A stretch of DNA of 64,000 nucleotides from Nageia nagi (GCA_050084985.1 JBITNC010000001.1:143344001-143408000), one strand, 5' to 3'. Counted from the first letter of the stretch, positions 37,652-51,022 are shown. Notes: a model not told the origin generated them from the sequence alone. Numbers and translations: made by a program.

Positions 37652-38836
37652 CCCCCAATGTTCAAGTCCATGAATGATCAACTATGGTGAAGCTTGAAAA
37701 TAAAGGGCATCTAGTTACTCCTTTTCATAGTAGGACACATATGAAGGAGTAACACTTCTTTATCTCACTAAGAAAATTTGCTAAAATAGAATCAAACAAA
37801 ACCGATGGGATAGCCTCTAGATTTCAAACATTGGTAAAAAGAGTCTCTTCATCTTACAAATATTGCTAGCTTAGATACCCAAAGTAAGTAGCATTTGATC
37901 TTAGTAATTACAAAAGAATTTTTTTAAAGAATAGGATGCCATGAGTGAAAAGGAATATATTGATAAGAATTTAATGGTTTCTAATAATGTTTAGTGTACA
38001 AAAAATCTATAGATCCAAAATCATCACCTAAAGAATGAGACATCAAGAATATCCATAGGTGAACTAGACATGCACAATGAGATTTAGATCTTTGGATAAA
38101 GGCTTTAATAGTGATCAAAGAAGCACAACAAAGACTCTTTATTACTGGACCAAACTCCAAAGGTGTCATCTATATACCTCTTAAAAATTAAGAGAGAAGA
38201 AAAATCAAAACTATCCTTAATCCATTTTTCCAAATTTCTACCCATAGTTATTCCACAGATCTATTGATAATAGGATCCATGGAATTCTAGATAATGTTAG
38301 GTAAGGATGAGCTCAACAAGATGCATAATTAGATCAATAATAGTTTGATCCAAATTGTTCATAGTTACAAACTCATAGAGAGTTGAATGGAGGGTTAAAA
38401 GATTAGTAGTTGTAGGGATATTGGGGTAAAGGGATTCCAAAACAAAGGTAAATAAAAAATAATCCAATGATAATTCATAAGAGTAAACAAAATTGAATAA
38501 GGATATAGAATTAGAGATATGATTACATTGTGAAAGAAGCATAGGAAATAATAATCTATGAACAAATAGGTCATCCTACAAGAATAGACTTGTGAAGCTT
38601 CAAAACGAGATAAAAGGCATAAGGGCAAGTTTTATTAACAAGAAGTCTTAAAAGGAAATCCTTGATAGACTTAAACAGAATGTATTTACTCACCAATTCC
38701 ATCAATTTACTCCAAAGTAGCAACCATGGTACATGGAAAATAGGGGATTAGACAACAGCATCACAAAGTTGAGGATAACCTTCATTGATATACCAATAGC
38801 GGTCTATGATGACTACACATAATTTTTTGTTAGTCA

Positions 38837-39799
38837 TGAAGATTTTGAAGAAAAATAAACTATAATGTGTATAACCAAAGCACAGTGAGGTTAACCATAG
38901 GTAGAATAAATAGCAAGATATATAAAAGACCAAAATATATTGTTTGTATTGTAAAGAAGTTAAATTTTTACAATGCTCTCTTAGAGCTAACAGGAAAAAC
39001 ATACATAGTTCTTTTAATCTAATCCTCCATTCATAGCTTACAAATAGGCTATCTAGACTTATATTAAAAATAAAATATTACATATGTGCTACTTGGTCAA
39101 AATATAATTAAATGTAGCATGGCTCCATTTTGCATAGAGTAGAGGAAGCCCATACCCTTGTATACATGATGTTTAAAACACATTAAATGGTTGTAGAAGG
39201 TAGATCAACCATTTTTTTACAAAAAAAATTAATGTCAATGTTCAAGAATTCATGTCATTAGTTGAGCATTTAATTTTGGGGTAGAAATCCCTTAAATGAA
39301 CATTTTCAAAGTGTAAATCTAGGTGTCAAAGCAAGAGGGATGTAATAGCACAATACTACTTGGGAACTTGCCTCTAAAATGGTGAAATCACTTACCAAAA
39401 ATTAAGGGGTATTATCACTACTTGCAATTCAGAAGGAAAAAATAGTTCCTCAAAATAGATAGAGCCTGAAAAAGATGTCCCAAAGAATTAACACCCAAAG
39501 AAGATGTAGTTAAATCCCAAAGTTTGAGAAGTAATAATAATGTCCAAAAAATAAATTATAGAAGCATAGTTAGTAGTTCCCAAAGCACAAGATGCCAATA
39601 GTGCCTAGGACTTGGAAGGCCTACAAATACAATAGTGCTCAAATTTCAAGAGATAAAAACTCCAATCAATAAGTCCCAGAGCATGAGGTCAATAAAGGCT
39701 AGAGAAGATGTACACTAAGGAATGGAGATAGAGCCCAGGATGGAGGAAGAGAGCCCAAATACTAAAGTAGATCCTAGAATGGAGATTAAAAAATTTTCA
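38837..39799 (-). repeat. 3' LTR of the minus-strand copia
   Basis: Direct repeat of 43937-44935. Confidence 0.9.
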
Positions 39800-42700
39800 A
39801 TTGGCCCCTTAATCTCCATGACAAAATGAGAACATTTTCTCTATTTACCAAAAAAAACACAAATACAAAGAAAAATAAAGTTAATATGTAATATAGTCAA
39901 AATTTGCCAACATTCACCCCTTGAATGTCTAGGATTTAGACTCCAAGTTGGTTCTAAATGTAGTAAAAATGATCCTTAGGCAATTGCTTAGTAAAGATTT
40001 TCTTCAACTAAATCTCTTATAAAGTGATGGCATATATCAATCTACTTTGTCGTGCTATGAAATATAGGGTTTTTGGTCATGGCAATCATGCTGAGATTGT
40101 CATAGTGCATTGAAATGGAGAGATCAATATCCATGCCCAAATATTCAAATAGATAGGCAAGCCAAATGCTTGTGTGCAAGTGGTAGAGGTAGCAATATAC
40201 TTATCTTTTGTTGATAAAAGTGTAATAGTGGGTTACTTCTTGCTACTCCATGAGACTAAAGATTCTTCAAAGAAGAATATAAACCTTGACATGCTCTTTC
40301 GACCATCAATACATTTAGTCCAATCAAAATCTATATAGGCATGTAACATTTCTTGTTCTAAGGATTTATACCAAAGCCCATATTGACATGTGCCACTCAA
40401 ATAGTGTAGGATCCATTTGGTTGCAATCCAATGTGTCTAATGTGGTGAGTGTATGAATATATCTACTTTGTTGATAGCAAACATGATTTTTGATTTGGTA
40501 GTAGTAAGATACATAAGGCTACCTATTAAGGATCAGTACATAGTGATACCAACATGTGGAAAGGATTCTTCAACAATTTGGCTTTGATAATAGTTAGTGT
40601 ATTAACAAGGCTACATCTTTGCATCTTGAAGTAGGCCTGCAAATCTTCCAAATATTTGGATTGAGTGATCAAAATTCCATTGGAGGATTGCCTTGTAGGC
40701 CAAGGAAATAATTCCTCTTTTCAAGATCACTCATCTCAAATTCACTTATAATAACATTTTTAAATTGATCTATCATAGTATCAGAGGTGCTAGTAAAAAT
40801 GATATCATCAACATACAAGTACAAAATAAAGAAGTTGCTACCTTCAACCATTATGTACAATATGCTTTCCATTGAGCATCTCTAGTAACTATTTTTCTAA
40901 AGGTAACCATTAATCCAGTGTACCATGCTCGAGGTGCTTATTTAAAGCCATAGAGAGCCTTTTTGAGTTTACACACCTCATCTACTTGATCAAGAATAAT
41001 ATATCATTCATGATGATTAACATAAATAACCTCCTTTAAATATCCATTTAAGAAAGTGGATTTGACATCCATCTGATAGATTGTTAATCCACAATGAGGT
41101 AAGTGCAAGCATAAATCTCATCGTCTCTAGCCTAGCCACTAGTGTAAAAGTCTCATCATAATCTAGCCCTTCCTTTTGAGCATATCCTTTAGCAACTACA
41201 TGGGATTTGTGCTTTGTAATACTCCCATTAGGATTATGCTTCAATTTGTAAATCCATTTAACACCAATTACCTTTTTTTCTCTAGTAGAAGGTACAAGTT
41301 CTTAGGTGTCATTCATCTAGATTTGCTCAATCTCATCTTCCATGGCTTTCTTCCACTTCCTCATTAGCAATAGCTTCAGTATATGAGGAAGGTTCAACAA
41401 ATGAAGCCATTAATGCATAAGAGATATGTATCTCTTAATTTTTAGCTTTGGTTTGTGATAAGGTAATTCTTTTATTAAGCTCTTTATCTAGCATCAATGA
41501 TGGAGGATGATAACAATCACTTATTCACTTATTCTTGGCTAGTGGAGTATAAGCACTAGGAGACTGATTTGGATATGACTACTATGGTGAGCTAGTGGAT
41601 GGTGAATATGGTGATGAAGTTTGAGGAGGAGGAGGTGCAATAGTGTGAGAAGGTTCACTATATTCATCAAAATGGAACTTAGCAATGGTGTCTTCAGCAC
41701 CATTTTCTTGATTGATTATGTCTTCTTCAAAAATCACATCTTTGTTGATGTGTATCTTACCAGTTAATGGATCATAACATATATAGGCCTTAGATGCTTT
41801 AGAGTATCCCACTAAAATACATTTGATGGATTTCTCATCAAGCTTCTTCCTATTTTCTTTTGGCACATTTACAAAAGAGGTTGAGCCAAATATTTAGAGA
41901 TGAGAAATGTTTGGCTGCACACCAAACCAAGCTTCATAAGGGGTGGTATCCTTTAAAAATTGAGTGGGACACTTATTTAAAATATAAATTGCAGCATGTA
42001 CTGCTTCACCCCAAAAACTAGTGGGATGGCCCTTTTCTTTTATCATGCATCTAGCCATCTCAATAACTATCTAGTTTTTCCATTTAGCCACTCCATTCTA
42101 CTGTGGAGTGTAGGTAGTTGTATATTGCCTAACAATATCATGCTAATGGAAGAAGTTCTTAAACTAATTTGAAATAAATTCTCCTCCTCTATAAATTTTA
42201 AACTTCTTGATAAAATAGCTAGATTATTTTTTAATAAGAGTTTTAAATTTAACAAAACTCTCAAAAGAATCTAACTTATTTTGTAGTAAATAAAGCTAGC
42301 TCATCCTAGAAAAATCATCCATAAAGATGAGCGTATATCTTGACTTACCACCTTGGTTGGGATTCTACATTAGTCCACACAAGTCTGTATGCACTAGCTG
42401 AAGTGGGTACTTGGCCCTATATTGGTGTATTTGAAACTTCACTCTGTGTTGCTTGCTTGCCATGCAACTTTCACAAACCTCACTAGGTGTATGGGAAATG
42501 GCAGGAAGGCCTCTCACCAATTTATGTAGACCATTGAATGAGTGAAAATTTAAATGAACAAATCTCCTATGCCATAACTAGGTAGAATCAATGGATGATT
42601 TTAAACAACTTACTATAGGTTTCATCTTAAGCATATACATCTTGTTTTTAGTCATATGGATGTTGGCTATAAGTTTGTTATTATCATCTTTTACAATAGT

Positions 42701-43936
42701 ACACCCTTTCCTTTTGAAGGTGGTGACATAGTCCCTTATACTAAGTTGGCCAATACTTAACAAATTATGCTTAAGGCTTGGAACAAAGAGAGTGATATGC
42801 GTATAAACTATCTTACCAGCTTTAGAATTAAAGGTAGTAGTTCCTCTACCATGGATGTTGACACTTTTGTTATCACCAAATCTAACTTGGCCTATGATAG
42901 AGGTGTCAACATTATGAAATAAGGCTTTGTTTCCAATCATGTTGTTAGAGCAACCACTATCCAAGTATCATACATCTTCTTCTTCAACTTGGAAACTACT
43001 ATAGGTGAGAAACATGCTGCTCTCAACTTGATCCTCAACATATTGAGCTTTGAGATGGGGATTCTTTTTCTAATAATGTGATTCTATGTGACCATGTTTA
43101 TTATAAAATTCAAGATATCTAAGGGTGTCATTTTGTGATCTTCCCCTAGAACAGCCTCTTCCATGACCTCTTCTACCTCTTCCATGAGAGGATGAAGAAG
43201 AACTACGAGTTGATCAAGAGGGCTCTCGACCCATTATTATCAACTATCCTTGGAAAGCTTGGTCCAAAGACTCGACTCTATCACTAATTTTATACTCATT
43301 GGTAGTTAAACTATCATGCAACTTTGCAAGCGTGAGTTGGGATAGGTACTTTGCTTCTTCAATGGAAATGTTGATGGGATCAAACCTTCTTGACAAGCTC
43401 CAAAGCACCTTTTCAACAATTATAGTGTCTTCCATCTCTTCACCGTGTGAATGAAGGGCATTTTCAAGATCTTGGATCTTGGAAAAGAAGAAACTTATAT
43501 TTTTTTCCTCTCTCATATGGAGATATTTGAACTCCTTCCTTAACATCTAGAGGTTTGCCATACGGACCTTAGCTGATCCTTTGTATGCGATCTCCAAGAT
43601 CTCCCATGCTTTCTTAGAAGTCTAACACTCTATAATTTTAGGGAAGATGGACATATCTATCCTATACTGGATGGAAAATAATGCCATGGCATCCTTCTTT
43701 TGATTCTCTAACACTTCTTTCTTCTCATCTATAGTCATGGATGCAAAGGTGACTTCATCTGAGTTGGTAAATCCCTGGGAAACAAATGTCCACAAGCCTT
43801 ATGAGATAAAAAATGTTTGCATCTGAATGCACTAGTATTCATAATGGTCTTCACTAAAAATGGGAATATACAACTATAGTGAATTTCTTTGCTTGAAATC
43901 TATTTAACCCAATAAATCTTCTGCTCTGATACCAAT

Positions 43937-44935
43937 TGAAGATTTTGAATGAAAATAAACAATAATGTGTATAGCCAAAGGATAGCGAGGTTAACCACAA
44001 GCGGAATAAACAATGAGATAAATAGGAGACCAAAATATATTATTTGTATTATAGAGAAGTACAATTTTTACAATGCTCTCTTGGAGCTAACAGGAAAAAC
44101 ATACATGATTCTTTTAATCTGCTCTTCCGTTCATAGCTTACAGATAGGCTATCTAGACTTATACTAAAAATAAAATATTACATACATGCTACTTGGTCAA
44201 AATATAATTAAATGTAGTATGGCTCCATGCATGCATTCTATCATTCTTTCTGTAGAGAGTAGAGGAAGCCCATGCCCTTGTATGCATGATGTTTGAAACA
44301 CATTACATGGTTGTAGAAGATAGATGAACCATTTTTGTACAAAAAATGTTAATGACGATGTTCAAGAATTCATGTTGGTGATTGAGCATTTAATTTTGAG
44401 GTAGAAATCTTTTAGGAGGACTTTTTTAGAGTGTAAATTTGGGTTCCAAAGTAAGAGGGATGTAATAGAGCAATAATACCTATGATCTGGGCTCTAAAAT
44501 TGTGACATCACTCACCAAAAATCGATGGGTGTTATCACTCCTCGTAACTTAGAAGGTAAAAATAATTCCTAGAATTTGTTACTGCTCGGAAAAGATAGAG
44601 CCTAGAAAAGATGTTCTAGAGAATTAACACCCAAAGAATATCTAGTTAAATCCTGAAGTTCAAGAAGTAATAATAATGCCTGGAAAACAAATCCTGAAAG
44701 CGCAAGTAGTAGTGCCCGGAGCATGAGAGGCCAATAGTGCATGGGACCAGAAAGACCTGTAGATACAATAGTGCCCAGATTTCGGGAGATAAAAACTCCA
44801 ATCAATAAATCCCAGAGTGCGGGGTAAACAGAGGCCGGAGAAGATGTACGCCAGGGAATGGAGATAGAGCCTGGGATGGAGGAAGAGAGCTCGGAGACTA
44901 TAGTGAATCCCAGAATGGAGATTAAAAATTTTTCA
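43937..44935 (-). repeat. 5' LTR of the minus-strand copia
   Basis: Adjacent to the PBS; direct repeat of 38837-39799. Confidence 0.9.
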
Positions 44936-47340
44936 AATCGGGCCGATGAAAATGGAATTATCATATGTCAAAAGCTTAAGGCTTTTCATAAGCAACCGAG
45001 GAAGGGGAGGTTTAGTAGAAAAATCACAGAAAGCTAATAATCCAAAAGTTCAAACTTGCTTATCTTGATAAAAACCTTTAATTATGGGCAAAAATCAGTA
45101 AGCTACCAGAAAGGATTAGATAAAGTAAAGGAAAATACCGAAAAAAGATCGAAGATCTCTACAGTTTGGAGTGTCAATGAGTTGGTTTGGCATGAAGAAG
45201 AAGCAAAGCCTAAGATGTATCACAAAAGCTTAAAAATCATAATGTATATCTGAAATAGACTTAGAAGAAGGCTTGGGGATGAATTTTATTCCCAAACTTA
45301 GCAACTTTTTCTCATTGTAGCTCAGTCTTCTCAAAGATAGATTATGAATCGCAAAGTTTAAGATTTGATAATCAATTTTAGAGGGAGTTTTCTTGGTAAA
45401 GAATATGAGTGAAAAGAGTGCTGAGTTAATCGCCACATCCCATCAAGTTATGTGGAAATGTGGTCGAAGGTGCCCAATGTACGTGCTTTTTTGCAAGCGC
45501 TCAGGGACGTCATGTTGAAGTTTATCCATTCGTTGAGGGTGGAATAGAATTACGTTTCATGGAGGGAGCTTATCAAGGTTGAGCATGACAATCCCTTGGA
45601 ATGGAAGAAGGCCTATGAGGAGGGTAAGAGTGGCAAATTGGATATGTTTGGTCTCGAGAAGCTAATGGACTCATATTCCGTTTGGATGATAGATGGTTGT
45701 GTAGGGAAGATAGGTTACAAGTAGAAAGAGTCCCATGAGATCTAGGAGGAGGGCGTTTCTTTCCTACATTGGATTCTCCATACACTCCAACAGATTAGAT
45801 AAGACATTAATTTGGTTGGTACTATGATCTTCCCCTTGAGCACGATGGTCCAAAGGCATTACGTGTGATATTTTGGGGAGGAGCCTCGAACAGAGCCTAT
45901 TTTTTGGCCGCCATGTAGGCGTATATGTATTCAAAGAAGGATGGCTTGTAATATCTAAATGAACATCCTTAAGTTCCTTCTAAATGGTAAAATACTTTTC
46001 CTTAAGCTTCTCATGGATGATTTGAGAAATAGACTATTCCTTGGGTAACTCGTCAGCTTCAACCATGGCTGTATCCCGAGAAGCTTGATCTGCAGATGGA
46101 GGTTGCTCCTGCACACTTTTATTTAAATCATGTTGGACGAGATAGTTATTTCATCTGATGTAAATACAATTTGGTTTCTGCAAACCAAGAAGTACAAGGT
46201 ATAGAAAAGGAGCCAATGAAAGGAAGATCTTTTACGACATTTGAAGGGATCTTGTGAAAGAAGTGATAGCACCACCAACTACAACAGCATGGTTGGTTGA
46301 TGTCTTTTCCATAGAGTCCACATAGGTTGAAAGAAAATGGGCATTGGCTTGAGATTGAATATAATCCAACTTGGAGGTCAACAAAGCCTATTCATCTGGA
46401 TCATTGATAACAATCTTAGGTGGCTTAACTTGCAAATTATTGGGTAGAGTTCTAGCCTCTTCAAAGTACTTGAGCATTAGAATATACTCAGAATATCTTT
46501 TCTCAAGTTGGTGGTAACGCTTATATTCATTAAAAGCTAAGGTGGTTAGTGAAGAAATAGATCCTAGGAATTTATCAACAAAGGATACCTGTTGATCAAA
46601 AGTCATCTAGCTGGAAAGAACGTCCAAAGGTTGAGCACCACCGATAGGAGCATCGAGCGGATGCGAAACATCAAGGAATATGTTAGTTTTATAGGTTCCT
46701 AGAGAGGGCCAATAGTGTGTACCTCAAAGGATGAAGGACTAGCAGCAACATGCGCTCTAGGACCAACAGTAGTATGAGTATTAGTAACAAAAGCGCTACA
46801 GGAAATAAACATATGACGTAGTAGTTCAGTGAGGCTTTCAAACTGAAAGGTGCAACATTCCTCAATCCATGAGAAATGATCATCATTTTGAGCCTCTAGG
46901 CTTGTAAAGCAAGCTTCATGAAGAGTAATATGATAATTTGTAAATTTTTGAAGATCTATGAATCCTTTTCGAAAAGTTTAAAATTCAAAGTTGATAAGAC
47001 CAAACGCTTGAATAGTCATTCTTGAAGAATCAACACGAGGAGCATTCAAAGGAGAAGAATGGTTATGATGTTCTGAAGGTGAAGTAATTCCAACGGGACA
47101 TATAACCATAGCCATCGTGTAATAAGAAACTCCACATCAGTCTATATCTGTGCGAAGGCACTTACGCAAAAACGAAGTAGAGAAAGGGAGTTCATCCTCG
47201 ACATGGAGAGGTGCAGTAAAAAATGGTGGATTGTGATTAATAAATTATTCTAGTCCATCAGTCGACAAAGGAGCACATCCATATGGAAGAGAAGCCAAAC
47301 CTTGCAAGTTTATGTTGGTGGCCATATTTAAGGAGAACAA

Positions 47341-47863
47341 AAATTATACTATTATAAAATTATAATGTTATCACGAGCAGCTTCCAAGAACAAACAAAAA
47401 AAAGTATAGAAAAAAGTTTCAAAGTCTCAAAAAGTTGCAATAAATAAATTTTATATTGGAGAAGAAACTTTACAAATTCTTAAAAATTAGTGGTTCAAAA
47501 CTAGTTTTGCCTAATACAAGGCTCATCAATTGAACTGAATCAAAATTGATACACATATAAACTCTTAAATATAAAGAATAATGTTTGAAAAAGTCAAAAC
47601 ACTCATTTACAATAAAATAATAATAATCATCAAAAAATGACTAATATCATTTAAATTTAATAATATTTATAGTATTTAAGATTTAAAAACATTCTTAAGA
47701 ATATTAATAAATTTAAAACTATGAATCAAATTAAATAAGATTAAGTCTATTCTTCATGAGGAGGAAGCTAAGCTTGCTTGGTTTTCTTTAATAGATAGTG
47801 GGATGAGGTAAATAATGAAGTATTTGAATGTGTTAGTAGTGATGATAAAGATTAGGGATTAGT
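47341..47863 (-). repeat. 5' pseudo-LTR of the PLE
   Basis: Direct repeat of 37161-37651; the ORF ATG lies 15 bp beyond it. Confidence 0.9.
47493..47535 (-). ncRNA. Decayed minimal type-I hammerhead ribozyme (5' pLTR copy)
   Basis: Minus strand reads gttcaa-ttgatga-gcct-tgtatt-aggc-aaaa-ctag-tt-ttgaac. This is stem I / (C>T)TGATGA / stem II / (G>A)AAA / palindromic stem III / GUH / stem I. Confidence 0.82.
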
Positions 47864-50340
47864 GATTAGTGAAATATATCTATACAAAGTCTCATGAGTG
47901 GTTACCCTTGCTACCGCTCTTACTATCTACCTTACAACTCTTGGAAGCCTCACTATCTAAAGACATGCCCAAGGACCTTGATATACCACTAGCTATGATT
48001 CCATGGGTTTCCAAGAGTGTCTTAGCCTTCCTATATTTGTCCTTGAGATCCTCTATCTCTTAGTGCAGTTGTTGATTTAACTCCATCTGCTTGGATGTAA
48101 ATGCCCAAGAATCATTAGGAGGTGGTATGGTTGACTGCTTCTCCATCCTCTTATTAACCTTATCAAGGATAATAATATAAGCATCCCTTGTAGGTAATGT
48201 AGCTTGTATCTCACTAACACTTCTCCTAAAACTAGCCACCTTGGTCTCTATGGGCTTCAATCTATCAACTTTAGCCTTAAAAGGTTGAAGGATGGCAATA
48301 TCCTCCTTAAATGTAGCTATCCTAACTATTGTATCCTCTATAAATATAATAAAAATTAACATTAATACATAAGCAAATAAAATAAACATGAAAAATATAA
48401 CAAATAAAGTTTAACTTAAACTTAAAAATTATACTTGAAGGGACTAATGGGATGGGCTCTATAAGCAGGTCTATCCCAGCTACATAGGTCCTTGAAGTTG
48501 GGGGCATCTGAGGGGGTGGCTTGTCAAGCACTATATCGATGTCCTCCTCATCATTATCATTAGATGACTCCTTGGTAGATACCTCCATACCTTCCTCCTT
48601 GCCTAACATGAGAATCCCAAGTGGGAAAGGTATGATTCCTGCACACCATACCTCATATCTTGGAATAATATTGAGGGAAAATAAGATGGCTAATGGACCA
48701 TCTACCTTAGCTGGCTTCCCCATATGCTACTCTACATGGGTGTCACTAATGCATCCTAAGGTGCATCAACCTTATATCTCTACCTCAAATACAATCTTAG
48801 TCTAGCAACTGATGTAACATTCATCTAAGATAATATGGCTCCACACCCTACCACCATGTCTATAGGAAGAAGTGCTATCTCACTTAGGAAGTTTGATGTG
48901 CATCCTCATCCCACACATAGTATTGATAGGCTAACCACTCAATATCATTATCTTGAATTCCATTTATCTCTCTCCTTTGTACCTTGATAGTGTATGGTAC
49001 CCAAAAATAACCTAAATTGAACACCCAATAATACATAATGGGATAGATATTATCATTTTTCTTCCTTGCTAGTGCAACCAACTTGAATATAACAATGTGC
49101 TTATATTCCCACACTTGTAGGAAAGAAGCATGGGCCACCATCACATTTGACTTACCCATGAACAACACATGGTGCAAGTCATAATACAACTGAGCAAGAA
49201 TGTAGGATCCCCAAGCATATGATATTCTCCTAGCATAAATATCCCTAACAATCCATACTAATCTAAGAGCAAAAATAGAGTTATTCTTATTTGAGCACAA
49301 GAACATGATAATAATGGATGTAACAAGCAACTGAAGGGTTCTAAATCCTAGATCATACTGGTAGATTGAATGCCATAGGAAGCTTGGTATTCCTAATCTA
49401 TTAGAATTTCTAATGCATTATTTTTTGGTATAAAAAATGTAACTCACTTAATTTATCTAAATACTAAAAAGTATTTATAAATATCTTTTAGTATTTATGG
49501 AATTAAATAAGTACAACTTGATCATTCTTACCTCATGTAAACCTTGGGTAAAAAGGTGAGTTAAGGTGGGGTTCCCTCCTATAAATAGAAGGCTTGGCCT
49601 TATTGTTACATACTTTGTAGGTTTATAGGATGAAAGAGAGGTTGTAGTCATTACAAGAATTATCTTTGAGAAGTAAATATCTTGAGTTAAAGTGGCGTAC
49701 TCTAATCCTTGAGAGGAACCACTATACATGCTAGTATTACTGTATGAATGTGACTGTGTTTGTGTTGTTATTGTGTGAGTTTTATTGTGGTTATGAAGAG
49801 GATGCTTCAAGGTTGATCTTGGGTAAAAGAGATTCTCCTCCTTTCAATTGGTATTAGAGTCTTCCTTGGAGGATATTTCCACTACATTTTATGAGGTAAT
49901 ATCTTTAGTAGGTATACCTCCTCCCCCTTCTCATATTTGAGTTATTTTGTATTACTATTATAATTATTATGTTAGTTCATTCTTTTTTAATAATTACTTC
50001 AAAATAACAATATTATATTGTTATAATTTTGTAGCATTAATTTGATGAAGTATAAATTATATGTATATATATTTTCTTTACAAATTATATATATTTATCA
50101 TATTTTGTAAGAAAATATATATAATTTGATGAATTTCTATAGAACATTTGCTCAAAATAACATTTTTTTTATGCTAACATTTTATGTTAGTTTTCATTTT
50201 TTGGAAAACATGCTTAATTTTCTATTCATAAATTCTTAATTTTTTGAAAAAAAAAGAGGAGTGAAAGTTCTACAATTATTTTATATGTATTCAAAATGAA
50301 TTTGTTTTCTTTAAAAAAATGTTTTTTTATTTTTTTCTTT

Positions 50341-50342
<2 letters not shown>

Positions 50343-50376
<34 letters not shown>
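50343..50376. repeat. (AT)n microsatellite
   Basis: Pure AT dinucleotide run. Confidence 0.9.
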
Positions 50377-50379
<3 letters not shown>

Positions 50380-51022
50380 GAGAAGAAAAACATATAGGAA
50401 AATATGTTTTTCTACTGATGTATATAATAAAAATGTAAATAAGAAGGTTTTTTTATATATTTGGACGACTCTCCTCATTCATCGTCATTGGGGAGGTGCC
50501 AACCCCAACCCCCCCCCCCCCCACCACCATGATCACCTTCCATAGTCGTGTCTGACGACACCACCCCGCCCCCTCTCTCCCATCCACCTCTGACCAGCCA
50601 AGGAGCCACCACCACCATTGTAATTACCACAGCTGATTGGAGCTCTGCTCTCCTCCCATTTATCAATTTTGGATGGACTTCATCGTTATTCCCTGAATGG
50701 AAAAGTATCACATAGAATGTCAATTCATTCCCTAATGTTCTTTCTATATCATTGGCCACTTGGCACATCTCCTTTGGCCATAATGGAACTTCGTTCGATC
50801 ACTCCACCTTGCACCACCCAATAGGCAACTTACCTCCCTTCTACGCGGTCAATTGCCTTCACTATCCATCCTTCATGTTGCTTACTCAGTACCCCCTGCC
50901 ATCGCTGCCTCCTCCCTAAACTCTGTAACCTTTGACAACATTCTTTTAGCTTGTGCCACCATGTGTTCTCTAGTATATGGTATGGACATCCATTTGCAAT
51001 GGATATTGTGGTTGTGAGTGGC

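Larger units (their letters stand above)
38837..44935 (-). mobile_element. Full-length degenerate Ty1/copia retrotransposon nested in the PLE
   Basis: LTRs 38837-39799 and 43937-44935 (TG..CA), PBS tggtatcagagc at 43923-43934 (-), TSD agtca/aatcg. Contains gag (43244-43546), PR DSGCSN, INT, and RT with VAKGYAQKEGLDY and LYVDD. Confidence 0.93.
37161..47863 (-). mobile_element. Penelope-like retroelement (PLE) with direct pseudo-LTRs, apparently lacking an endonuclease; interrupted by a copia
   Basis: ATG at 47325. Motifs in order: LPNNLQVK, IHNLSLRRLSYNEKKLLSLGIKFIPKP, GPTNKKLCVVIIDR..YINEG (DKG region, across the copia), FYLVLKLHKS..G*PICS, TFVLESLYPNIP, Q*ICGITMG, KRYIDD (38165-38176), KPLNSYQYIPFHSWHP, RGYP, RNPSKLG. 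Stop at 37518. Confidence 0.88.

Noticed and set aside
44602-44964. 120-aa minus-strand ORF as a gene
   Set aside because: It lies almost entirely in the copia 5' LTR, crosses the insertion junction and has no recognisable domain.
45455-45490. KSTYIGH on the minus strand as an N-terminal GIY-YIG of the PLE
   Set aside because: No upstream GIY/GVY-like motif, no downstream R..EH or catalytic E/N, and a stop follows within ten codons; likely chance.
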